From: Bdellovibrionales bacterium
GTDB taxonomy: Bacteria > Bdellovibrionota > Bdellovibrionia > Bdellovibrionales > Bdellovibrionaceae
DNA length: 64,000 bases
Reading direction: 5' to 3'
Assembly: GCA_031370005.1 (NCBI GenBank)
Contig: JANMPT010000028.1
Coordinates: forward strand, 64,001-128,000
Positions 17,705 through 26,548 of this stretch are shown one piece after another (the stretch's first letter is position 1; each line of letters starts with the position of its first letter). A model generated the notes under the pieces. It was given only the letters and a program-made list of their open reading frames with translations. It searched no databases and had not been told where the DNA came from. A program made the translations under genes and the position numbers.

Positions 17705-18181
17705 ATTACCAGCGCCATCAGTTTGCAAAAACTGACTTGCTGAACCCGCAGTCGGCGGAAGAGTCAAAGTGGTATTTGTCGCGGTGTTTGGATAGCGGAT
17801 AGAGGCCACGCCTGCGCCCGCACCACCAATGTCCTCACCTTTTGTTACGGCCACTGAGCCCGCTGTTAGTTGCAAAATTTTGCTGGCCGCTGCGGCTTGA
17901 GTTTTATCCACAGTTACTACACCACCAGAAGTCATTGTGGCATCGCCTGATAAGGCAAACTCTTGGGCCTTGCTGCCAACGTCTCCGATCCAGATTTTTG
18001 TTGGCGCGAGTGTGGCCGTATTTGTGACCGCACTCAATTTAGTATTGAAGCTATCGTAGTCTGTCTTACTAATAAGACCCGCAGTGACCGCCGCTGTGGA
18101 AGCCATCGGAATATCCAAAGTGTGAGTGCTGGGTGCGGAAGTGAAAGCGGGAGCCGTGCCACTTGTGCCAATTGCAAATGT
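17688..18181 (-). pseudogene. Isolated fragment 2 of a fibre-adhesin gene
   Basis: 494-bp ungapped match to 11703..12196; six amino-acid differences by hand count and many third-position differences. Confidence 0.92.
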
Positions 18182-18476
18182 ATCCTCCCTAATCTCCGCT
18201 TCGAATAAGCTTGGCGTCATAAATGGTAAATTTATTTCATTCTAATTATTTTTTTCTTGCGGGTGAAACTCCGCACTCGCAAATGCCTGTGGTAGAAAAG
18301 TTTTTGAATCCCTAGGCTCCCTGGTGCTTTTCTGAAATATCTTTAACAGTGAGACGTGTAGTTCGTTTTACATTTGATCAGCTGCAGGTTTTGACCGCCC
18401 TCTTCGCTGCGCAGAGCTGCAAAAATGAGAGATAAAAACCCATGTTATAGTGCCTTCAAATTTTAGGAGGCACGGC

Positions 18477-19412
18477 ATGAATTTGCAAAACATATCTGAT
18501 CAGGATTTAGTTCTTAGGCTTGAAAAACTGACTCGAACGGAACGTAAAATAACTCATGTAATTCTGCTTCACATCAATGAAGTCGACTCGCGACAGCTTT
18601 ATGCCGGGCTTGGTTTTGAAAGTCTTTATGCTTACCTGACAAAAGGACTTTTCTATAGTGAATCCGCAGCTTACCGCAGGTTGCAGGCCGCCCGGTTACT
18701 AAAAACTATGCCGGAAGTGGCCGAAAAAATAGAATCCGGGGCTTTGAACTTATCCCAGCTCACCCAAGTACAGAAATGTCTCAAAGAAGAAAATAAAAAA
18801 GGCCTGAAAGTTGGAACTGAAAAAGTGCAGGAGATCTTAAACACACTTCAACATAAGTCTATCCTTGAAAGTGAGAAGATTTTAGCCTTTGAGTTTAAGC
18901 AGCCAGTGAAAGGCTGGGAAAGTGTCAAGCCTCAACAAGACGAGTCTGTCCGGCTTGAGCTTACATTTAGCAAAGTGCAATTTGAAATTTTACAACAAGC
19001 CCAGAGTTTGCTTTCGCATCTTTGCCCTGCAGGAAGTTGGAATGAAGTGCTAACCACTTTGGCTCAGAAATTTAACCAGTCCAAACTTGGCAAAGAACCC
19101 AAGCAAGATAACGTTTCGCAAAACAACACCGACGCGACCAAAGCGGAAATGACAAGCCAGTCCTCAGCACAAACCTATCGTCCTTATCTCTCTGTTAGAA
19201 CCAAACGAAGGCTGCTCGCAAAAGCGCATCATCAATGCGAGTTCGTGAACCCGCTGACTGGAAGAAAATGTAGCTCTCGGCATCAGTTGCAAATTGATCA
19301 TCGCCAGCCATTAGCTCTTGGTGGAAGCCATAATGAGTTTAATCTGAGGGTTTTGTGTCGTACTCATAATATCTATGAAGCGCGGAAGTCGGGCTTGCGG
19401 TGCTCCCGCTGA
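18477..19412 (+). CDS. HNH endonuclease with long N-terminal (DUF222-like) domain
   Basis: AGGAGG SD and ATG at 18477; C-terminal QCE…KC…LQIDHRQPLALGGSH…NLRVLCRTHN. Confidence 0.8.
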   Translation: MNLQNISDQDLVLRLEKLTRTERKITHVILLHINEVDSRQLYAGLGFESLYAYLTKGLFYSESAAYRRLQAARLLKTMPEVAEKIESGALNLSQLTQVQKCLKEENKKGLKVGTEKVQEILNTLQHKSILESEKILAFEFKQPVKGWESVKPQQDESVRLELTFSKVQFEILQQAQSLLSHLCPAGSWNEVLTTLAQKFNQSKLGKEPKQDNVSQNNTDATKAEMTSQSSAQTYRPYLSVRTKRRLLAKAHHQCEFVNPLTGRKCSSRHQLQIDHRQPLALGGSHNEFNLRVLCRTHNIYEARKSGLRCSR

Positions 19413-19587
19413 GAGTGTTTCAAAGCTACGCGCCAAGAGCCAAATGAAGCAACAACGGCTTGATTATTGCCAATACCACCCATGGACGGAGCAGAAACGA
19501 ATAGGCTCCTTACGACCCCTATTTGGTATCGCTATTTGGCGTTTCTGTCTAAGTCGTCGACAACATGAACGTGGAATATGAATATGG

Positions 19588-20646
19588 ATGTGCCTTGTGA
19601 TTAAAACACTTTTAACTCTTCAGCTGGGCGTAGCTCTGGTCTTAGCGACCTCTCCCGCCATTGCCGCCAGCCAAGAAAACGTCACCATTTCTGCAGTGGG
19701 TGATATTATGATGGGCACCAACTATCCCACCAATACACTTCCCGCAGATGGTGGCAAAAATCTTTTCAAGTACAGCAAAGAATATATAAAACAAGCTGAC
19801 ATACGCTTCGGCAATCTCGAGGGCACTCTCTTTGATGGAGAAAAGGGCGCAGACGGCAAAGCCGAAGGAGCCAATCGTTATCTTTTCCGCACCCCTACTG
19901 CATATGGAGCTTTGCTTGCAGATGCCGGTTTTAATGTCCTGAGTCTTGCAAATAATCATGCTCTGGATTTTGGCGCTGCAGGAATCAAGTCCACCCGTGA
20001 AATTCTTAAAACGAATGGAATTCAATTTTCGAGCAAGAGCGGCAAAGAAGTCGTTCAGTTTGATATTCGTGGAATCAAGGTGGCTTTGATTGCCTGTGAT
20101 TTTTATTCCGGCCATCGCAGCCTCAGCACCCCTGAAAGCACCTACAAGGAAATTCAAAAACTCAAGGAAAGTTTTGATATCGTCATTGTGTCAGTCCACG
20201 CTGGTGGCGAGGGCAAGGGTGCCGAGCGCGTGACAGATACAAATGAGGTCTTCTTAGGCGAAAACCGTGGAAACTCGGTTCTCTTTGCGCATACGGCTAT
20301 TGATATGGGCGCCAGCGTGATTCTTATGCACGGACCACACGTCGCTCGCGGGCTAGAAATCTATAAAAATAAACTAATCGCCTATAGCCTGGGAAATTTC
20401 ACCACTGGGCGCGGAGTCAACATTCAAGGTTATGCTGGCGCGGCCCCCCTTTTGCGTTTACAAATTGATCGAGATGGCAACTTCATCCAAGGACACTTGG
20501 CCTCTTTCCATCAGGTCCGTGACCTCGGCGCAGTTTATGACAAATCCGCATACGCTTTAAGATTTATAAATAAGCTTTCTGAACTTGATTTTCCCTACAC
20601 AATGCCACAATTTAATTTAGAAACTGGTGGAATTTACCCTCGATAA
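19588..20646 (+). CDS. CapA/PgsA-family metallophosphoesterase, secreted
   Basis: AVGDIMMG, GNLEG, LANNHALD, VSVHAG, MHGPHV and YSLGNF motifs. Confidence 0.88.
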   Translation: MCLVIKTLLTLQLGVALVLATSPAIAASQENVTISAVGDIMMGTNYPTNTLPADGGKNLFKYSKEYIKQADIRFGNLEGTLFDGEKGADGKAEGANRYLFRTPTAYGALLADAGFNVLSLANNHALDFGAAGIKSTREILKTNGIQFSSKSGKEVVQFDIRGIKVALIACDFYSGHRSLSTPESTYKEIQKLKESFDIVIVSVHAGGEGKGAERVTDTNEVFLGENRGNSVLFAHTAIDMGASVILMHGPHVARGLEIYKNKLIAYSLGNFTTGRGVNIQGYAGAAPLLRLQIDRDGNFIQGHLASFHQVRDLGAVYDKSAYALRFINKLSELDFPYTMPQFNLETGGIYPR

Positions 20647-20661
20647 AAATAGGTATAAAAG

Positions 20662-21054
20662 ATGACGAATTGTCCCTGCGGCTCTGAAAAGCAATATGAC
20701 TTCTGTTGCGGTCTTTATCATATAGAAAAAGAAAGCGCCCCAACTGCTGAAAAACTCATGAGATCGCGCTACTGCGCCTTCGTTAAAAAAGAGTATGCTT
20801 ATTTGGAAAAGACGCTGGATCCACAGACTGCCATGGATTTTGATCATGAGGGAAATCGCGAATGGGCCGAAAAAGTAAAGCTTGTAAGGCTGGAGATCCT
20901 GCGTGCTGAAGAACATGGAAACAAGGCTGTAGTTGAATTCAAAGCCTACTTCAAAGAGAACAATACCGAGCTTGTTCACCACGAAGTAAGCAAATTCCGC
21001 AAACAAGCAGGTATATGGTATTTTCGCGAGGGAAAGGTCTTTCCGCGTTCCTAA
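20662..21054 (+). CDS. ychJ: YchJ/SEC-C motif protein
   Basis: CPCGS…CC, 'APTAEKLMRSRYCAF', 'VEFKAYF…HHEVSKFRK…WYF'. Confidence 0.85.
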   Translation: MTNCPCGSEKQYDFCCGLYHIEKESAPTAEKLMRSRYCAFVKKEYAYLEKTLDPQTAMDFDHEGNREWAEKVKLVRLEILRAEEHGNKAVVEFKAYFKENNTELVHHEVSKFRKQAGIWYFREGKVFPRS

Positions 21055-21073
21055 CCTTGTCCCTCGTTAAAGT

Positions 21074-22180
21074 TTACATTTTATATGCTTTGTACTCCAT
21101 GCCTAAGTCGCGTGCAACTGGCTCGTAGACAACATGACCTTTGTAAACGTTCAAACCTTTCAAAAGATTTTTATCTTTTGCAACAGCATCTTCAACACCC
21201 ATAGCAGCAAGCATCGAAGCATATTTCAAAGTGACATTCGTCAAAGCATAAGTCGAAGTACGTGGCACAACTCCTGGCATATTGGGCACACAGTAATGAA
21301 TCACACCGTCAATCTCGTAAGTCGGCTGTTGATGTGAAGTTGGGCGGCAAGTCTCGATGCAACCACCTTGGTCTACAGCAACGTCGACCACAACAGATCC
21401 CTTGGCCATAGATGAAATCATGTCTTTAGAAACCAAAGTTGGAGCCTTTTGACCCGTGATGAGAACGCCACCAATAACAAGGTCAGAATCTTTTACTGAT
21501 TCCTCGATGTTTTTTGTATTTGAGAACAAAGTCATGCAACGACCCTGAAAAATATCATCAAGATATTCCAAACGAGCCGTATTCACATCAAGGATTGTTA
21601 CTGTTGCGCCAAGACCTATTGCCATTTTCGCAGCATTCGTTCCAACAACACCACCACCAATAATAGTCACCTTACCTGGTCTAACACCGGTCACGCCTCC
21701 AAGTAGGATCCCTTTACCTCCATGATCTTTTTGAAGGTAGAAAGCACCAATTTGAGTAGCCATACGACCTGCAACCTCAGACATAGGAGTCAAAAGTGGC
21801 AAAGTCCCATTGTTCAATTGGATTGTTTCGTAAGCAATGGCTTTTACTTTTCTCTCACACAAAACCTTTGTCAGTTTTGGCTCAGCGGCCAAATGTAGAT
21901 ACGTATAGATGATCTGATCCTCTTTCATAAGCTCATACTCATCCGGAAGCGGCTCCTTTACCTTCATGATCATATCGGCTTTGGCATACACTTCTTTTTT
22001 AGTGTCGATGACTTTCGCGCCAGCTTTTTCATATTGATCATTTGTAATACCGCTACCGAGACCAGCATCTTTTTCAACGATGATTGAATGACCTTCTTTT
22101 ACAAGCTGGCGAACGCCGGCTTCAGTCATACCCACACGGTTTTCAGAAATCTTAATTTCCTTAGGAACCCCTATAAGCAT
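21074..22180 (-). CDS. ald: Alanine dehydrogenase
   Basis: IGVPKEIK…[33 protein letters not shown] and [11 protein letters not shown] motifs. Confidence 0.95.
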   Translation of the reverse strand: MLIGVPKEIKISENRVGMTEAGVRQLVKEGHSIIVEKDAGLGSGITNDQYEKAGAKVIDTKKEVYAKADMIMKVKEPLPDEYELMKEDQIIYTYLHLAAEPKLTKVLCERKVKAIAYETIQLNNGTLPLLTPMSEVAGRMATQIGAFYLQKDHGGKGILLGGVTGVRPGKVTIIGGGVVGTNAAKMAIGLGATVTILDVNTARLEYLDDIFQGRCMTLFSNTKNIEESVKDSDLVIGGVLITGQKAPTLVSKDMISSMAKGSVVVDVAVDQGGCIETCRPTSHQQPTYEIDGVIHYCVPNMPGVVPRTSTYALTNVTLKYASMLAAMGVEDAVAKDKNLLKGLNVYKGHVVYEPVARDLGMEYKAYKM

Positions 22181-22396
22181 AAATATCTCCTATTATTCTA
22201 CTCTTTGTAATGCCCTTGAAATATGCCAGATCGCCTTGGAATTGCAAGGCTCGTTCTTAGAGCATTAAACGCTGTCAGTTGCTCTTTGCGTCAAGTGTTC
22301 TCATTATGAAACGCCCGAGCCCGTTCTTTTTCATTTTTCTTTGAATAGCCTCTTCCTAAAGGTATTCTTAGTTATGCAACTCGGGGGGAGTTTATT

Positions 22397-23320
22397 ATGC
22401 AGAAGCTCATTTTGCGCACTGTCGCTATTGTCGCTTCCATCGCAAGTACTGTCGTTCTTTTTCAGAATTGCGGGAAAAGTTTTACTCTGGCCGATACCGC
22501 CGTCACTGTCGACAGCAGCAGTCTAAGCACTGTAGACAACCACCAGACCCCGCACATCGTTCCTGTCTCCATGAAAATAGAAGCCAATACTGATATTGAA
22601 TTCTCAGTCTCTGCGGATTCTTTACTCCCATCAATAAGTTATCAATGGTCTCATACCCTTAATAACGTTCCGGCGGCATGCACATTAAAAAATAGCAATC
22701 AAGCCACTAGCTACATTATCAATTGCAGTCAGGCAGGGACTTTGAATGTCTCCGTAACTGTGATGGAAGGCAATACTCCTTTAACTTTGCCAGTCTATAC
22801 GGCCCTCCTCGCCGGAACTCCAGCAAGTACGGGGGAAATCAATCTGCAAGTGATCTTTAATATTCCCGCAGGCACGGGGTCCGCACCTTGGAATACCACC
22901 AGCACAGTGGTTGAAACCTTCATTGGTCAAACTTTGAAATTCGTCAACATGGATAGCATTCCCCACCAAATACATACCAATGGAGCCCCTTGCCCCCATG
23001 GCTCAGCCATGGCCTCAGGAGCTTCCACGAACTGTGTGATTGCAAAGGCCTATGATTATAAAACTAATGGAATTCTCTACGACCACCAGCTGGGAACCAA
23101 GTCCGCTTTTTATATGGTGGCCTATGATGGCTCGGCTCTTTACACCAAAAACTGCGCAGGCTGTCACAATGCCTTAAGTATGTCCTCAAAAGCAGGAGCA
23201 AAAGTTTCTACGATTAAGCGTGCCTTAATGACAGTACAGGACATGAAATCAAACGCGAATTTGATGTCACTTACTCAAAGACAAATTGAAGCGATTTCAT
23301 TTGCCCTTGGCGCTAAATAA
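22397..23320 (+). CDS. Lipoprotein with cupredoxin-like domain and C-terminal cytochrome c
   Basis: Lipobox VLFQNC; 'FVNMDSIPHQIH…CPH…YDH'; CxxCH motif 'NCAGCH'. Confidence 0.7.
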   Translation: MQKLILRTVAIVASIASTVVLFQNCGKSFTLADTAVTVDSSSLSTVDNHQTPHIVPVSMKIEANTDIEFSVSADSLLPSISYQWSHTLNNVPAACTLKNSNQATSYIINCSQAGTLNVSVTVMEGNTPLTLPVYTALLAGTPASTGEINLQVIFNIPAGTGSAPWNTTSTVVETFIGQTLKFVNMDSIPHQIHTNGAPCPHGSAMASGASTNCVIAKAYDYKTNGILYDHQLGTKSAFYMVAYDGSALYTKNCAGCHNALSMSSKAGAKVSTIKRALMTVQDMKSNANLMSLTQRQIEAISFALGAK

Positions 23321-23325
23321 AAATT

Positions 23326-24234
23326 TTAACTAGGGACTTCCCATCCGGAAAAACGCCGAACCTCTTCGCTGATATCTGCACCGAGCTCCACATGACGGAA
23401 GCTCTGCGGAGAATCCATGATCTTGCGAACGAGCTTATTCATAATATCGTGCCCTGCTTTGTAAAGTACCACGTGGCCCATCAGCGGCATCTCGAGAGTC
23501 ACCAGGTCCCCTAAGGCATCAAGCGTCTTGTGACGGACAAATTCATCGGCGAAGCGCAGGCCCTCCGGATTGATCACAGTCTCATGATCCAAGACTATGG
23601 CGTTTTCAAGACTGCCGCCCTTTGCAAGGCCACGGGCTTTCAAGGCCTCTACGTCACGAAGAAAACCAAAGGTACGGGCATTGGCGATGTCACGACCAAA
23701 AGACTCCTCATTCACATCAATATCCATCTTCTGTAATCCAATGGCCGGGTGAGGAAAATCAATCGTCACACTTAGTCGAAGACCATGATAGGGAACCACA
23801 TAAGCGTGTTTCTCTCCTTCAGAGAAATAGATCGGTTCAGTGATATAGCAATACTTGCGAGGCTGGTCCTGCTCCACCATACCCACCTCTAGCAATGCAT
23901 TTAAAAACTCTTTCGCACTGCCGTCTCCGATGGGGATTTCAGGGCCGTCGAGCTCAATAAAAAGATTGTCAATGCGAAGTGCTGAAAGAGCCGATAAACA
24001 ATGCTCAACGGTAGCTACGCTAAAAGCTGCCCCACCCACGGTGGTGGCAAGTGACGTCGCCTGCACATTCTTCGCAGAAACCTTCAGGGAAGGCGACCCC
24101 GGAAGATCAGCCCTGATAAAATAAACCCCCGTGTTCGCCGGAGCTGGACGGAATGTTAAGACGCAAGGGTCTCCGGAGTGAATGCCAATACCATTTACGA
24201 CTGTCTTTTTCCGAATTGTTTTTTGTAAGAACAT
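23326..24234 (-). CDS. lpxC: UDP-3-O-acyl-N-acetylglucosamine deacetylase
   Basis: GIGIHSG, TVEHCLSAL, ARTFGF, RHKTLDALGDL and AGH motifs. Confidence 0.96.
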   Translation of the reverse strand: MFLQKTIRKKTVVNGIGIHSGDPCVLTFRPAPANTGVYFIRADLPGSPSLKVSAKNVQATSLATTVGGAAFSVATVEHCLSALSALRIDNLFIELDGPEIPIGDGSAKEFLNALLEVGMVEQDQPRKYCYITEPIYFSEGEKHAYVVPYHGLRLSVTIDFPHPAIGLQKMDIDVNEESFGRDIANARTFGFLRDVEALKARGLAKGGSLENAIVLDHETVINPEGLRFADEFVRHKTLDALGDLVTLEMPLMGHVVLYKAGHDIMNKLVRKIMDSPQSFRHVELGADISEEVRRFSGWEVPS

Positions 24235-24335
24235 GCGGCCACTCTACCCTAAAACTCCGGCCCCTGTCAAAAAATTCTGTTGGATTAATTATATGATATG
24301 TGGTATTATTATAGTACCAGCATGAGGTTGTTTAT

Positions 24336-24887
24336 ATGGAATCGCCTGATAGGTTAATTCGAGCCCTTAATGAACTAGATGATCTCTTGTCGAGCCTGTC
24401 TCTACAGCTTAAGATTGTCATCTGCGGTGCCTATGCAATTCAGCTTCACGGCTTTACCCGAAATCTCTATACGCAAGATATAGACTCCCTCACGCGCCTT
24501 GACTCTCCTATGATTCTTGAAGCCATTCAACAAATAGGCAAAAAATTAGGTCTTGGTTCTCGCTGGCTCAACGATCAAGCATCAACTGTCAGCATCCCTG
24601 ATGGCACCCTTGAAAGAGCAAAACCACTCGACCGCTGGAAAGCGATCCAAGCTTCACTGATTGACCGAAGCGACCTGGTCAAAATGAAAGTCTCTGCTTT
24701 TTCCATAAGACGCGAAGAAACAACCAAAGATTGGGAAGACTTAGAGCTTCTAAAACCCACGAAACAAGAGTTGGATGCTGCAATTGATTTTCTAAGGCTC
24801 ACCAATTCACCACCACCAAATGCAAGTCGGAAATTGAAATACGAGTTTGAGGAGACTATTAATGATCTCAAAAAACTTCTCAAGTAG
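24336..24887 (+). CDS. DUF6036-like nucleotidyltransferase
   Basis: 'VICGAYAI…TQDIDS', 'LGLGSRWLND', 'DLVKMK' and 'KDWEDL' motifs. Confidence 0.7.
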   Translation: MESPDRLIRALNELDDLLSSLSLQLKIVICGAYAIQLHGFTRNLYTQDIDSLTRLDSPMILEAIQQIGKKLGLGSRWLNDQASTVSIPDGTLERAKPLDRWKAIQASLIDRSDLVKMKVSAFSIRREETTKDWEDLELLKPTKQELDAAIDFLRLTNSPPPNASRKLKYEFEETINDLKKLLK

Positions 24888-25521
24888 GATGTCAGAAAAA
24901 GAGTTTCTGAGCGAAGCCAAGTATCTTGGCATCGCAATTGAATCCGACCGGATCGAATCAATTCATCACTATGTGGATTTGGAGTCATTTTTTCTCGCTG
25001 GAACTTACAGCCTTCACTCCTCCAGAATTACAGAAGGCTTTTTATGCTGGGTTCTCCGCTATGGTCACCTTTTAAGCCCCTCTAAGACGCGAAGACTTAT
25101 CCAATCTGGAGCTCCATGCGACACAGGTGTCCTTGGTGGCCTTATTTCCCTTATTGTTGAACACAGAATCAATTCTAAGCAGTGGGAGATTGTTAAGCCC
25201 TATACCCGGAAGGCTCCCAAAAAGCGGGCGCTGCTTAAAGGGCCACAGCCAAAAACGCCAAATCCACACTTCTTGAAATACAATATTATCACGAACAACT
25301 TCAAGATGGATCAGGAAAAATTCTTAGCCCCTATTTCATCAACTTATAGAAGCTCTATTGAGCTTAAGAATCGTGCGTTATTTGGATCTGTTGTCAACGC
25401 GGATGTCGCTAGTTATTTAAGTTGGAATCCTTCTGCGACTCCCTACCAAGTTTCAAAAGGTACTGGAAATCACAAGGCACGTGTCTTTGATGTTCATAAG
25501 GATATAAAAATCGCCCTTTAA
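24862..25521 (+). CDS. Hypothetical protein with possible C-terminal HTH; putative partner of the nucleotidyltransferase
   Basis: GAGGAG SD and ATG at 24862, overlapping the upstream gene; C-terminal 'ATPYQVSKGTGNHKARVF'. Confidence 0.55.
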   Translation: MISKNFSSRMSEKEFLSEAKYLGIAIESDRIESIHHYVDLESFFLAGTYSLHSSRITEGFLCWVLRYGHLLSPSKTRRLIQSGAPCDTGVLGGLISLIVEHRINSKQWEIVKPYTRKAPKKRALLKGPQPKTPNPHFLKYNIITNNFKMDQEKFLAPISSTYRSSIELKNRALFGSVVNADVASYLSWNPSATPYQVSKGTGNHKARVFDVHKDIKIAL

Positions 25522-25523
25522 CA

Positions 25524-26528
25524 TCACTCCGGCATTCGCACGCGAATATGGCCTACATCTAAATCTTTCCAGTTTTTTACTTTGGGCTCGATATATTTTT
25601 TAAGGCTGATGAGATTTTCCTCGTCAAAAATTCCTAATTTCTGCAATAAAAACACTGTTGCGGCTTGAGCGGCACGGGAGGCTCCATCTTCGGCCTTCAG
25701 AGCGAAAGCCAAACCCTTATCCGGAATGACTCCACAAAAAACGCCCTCAGCCCCGTTTTTAATAATACAACGACCCTGGGTTTTTTGAATAATATCTGAG
25801 GTAAAATCATCGCTCCCAGATAGGTAAAAAGCCTCACTCCGAACCGCCTGAAGGATTCGCTTTGCTGCTATTTTTCGAAGCTCATTTTCTTTCGAGTTGA
25901 TCAAGGCCCGCATTCCAACAGCCAGGTTTTGAAGAGGCACAGCGTAGGTCGGAATTCCACAACCGTCTATGCCATAACTTGCTTTTTCATGATCAAAACC
26001 CATAACTTCTGAAAGCGCTTTACGTATTCGCACTTGTGCCGGATGAGTATACTCTGCATAGCCCGCAGGATTTTCTTTAAAATGCAAACATGTCGCTATA
26101 ATTCCGCAGTGCTTACCAGAACAATTATTCATAATAGACGTAGGCAAAATTCCTTGCCGAATCAGCTCATGAGCAGAACCTTCATGGGCTGGGAGGTGGC
26201 CGCCGCAGAACAACTGGTCTTCGCTAATTCCTGTTTTTTTCATGATTTCAGTTATGCCAAGAATATGTTTTTTTTCACCACGATGAGAAGAGCAGGCCAA
26301 GCAAATATGTTTATCTTCAAAACCAAAGGCATCGGCAGCGCCAGACTCCATCAACGGCAACGCCTGCAACATCTTAATGGCCGAGCGAGGAAAGGTCAGA
26401 TGGTCAATATCACCCCAATAAAACACCGGCACAGCATTTTCATCCACAACCACCGCTATGACTTGATGCTGGCTTTCCACCCCAGAGCCGCGCGAAACTT
26501 CCACAGAAAGTGGACTTCTTACTTTCAT
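25524..26528 (-). CDS. Asparaginase II-family (Rhizobium etli-type) protein
   Basis: RSAIK, CSSH, NNCSGKH, DGCGIP and KNGAEGV motifs. Confidence 0.88.
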   Translation of the reverse strand: MKVRSPLSVEVSRGSGVESQHQVIAVVVDENAVPVFYWGDIDHLTFPRSAIKMLQALPLMESGAADAFGFEDKHICLACSSHRGEKKHILGITEIMKKTGISEDQLFCGGHLPAHEGSAHELIRQGILPTSIMNNCSGKHCGIIATCLHFKENPAGYAEYTHPAQVRIRKALSEVMGFDHEKASYGIDGCGIPTYAVPLQNLAVGMRALINSKENELRKIAAKRILQAVRSEAFYLSGSDDFTSDIIQKTQGRCIIKNGAEGVFCGVIPDKGLAFALKAEDGASRAAQAATVFLLQKLGIFDEENLISLKKYIEPKVKNWKDLDVGHIRVRMPE

Positions 26529-26548
26529 AACAACATCCTAGTACTGAT

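Noticed and set aside
15572..18181. Fibre fragments as DGR template repeats
   Set aside because: Differences from the intact gene involve all four bases and fall mostly at third codon positions, not specifically at adenines; no reverse transcriptase in the window
9125..18181. Shufflon or invertible cassette system
   Set aside because: Fragments are in direct orientation with the gene, correspond to internal stalk segments rather than C-terminal tips, and no recombinase or inverted crossover sites were seen
17654..18220. 188-aa ORF as a genuine expressed mini-fibre gene
   Set aside because: Both ends are unrelated flanking sequence read through by chance; no signal peptide or clear SD; treated as a fragment
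24254..25533. 8-bp direct repeat ACTCCGGC as a target-site duplication around the DUF6036 pair
   Set aside because: The left copy lies in the spacer of the apparent lpxC promoter and the right copy inside the asparaginase coding end; short enough to be chance
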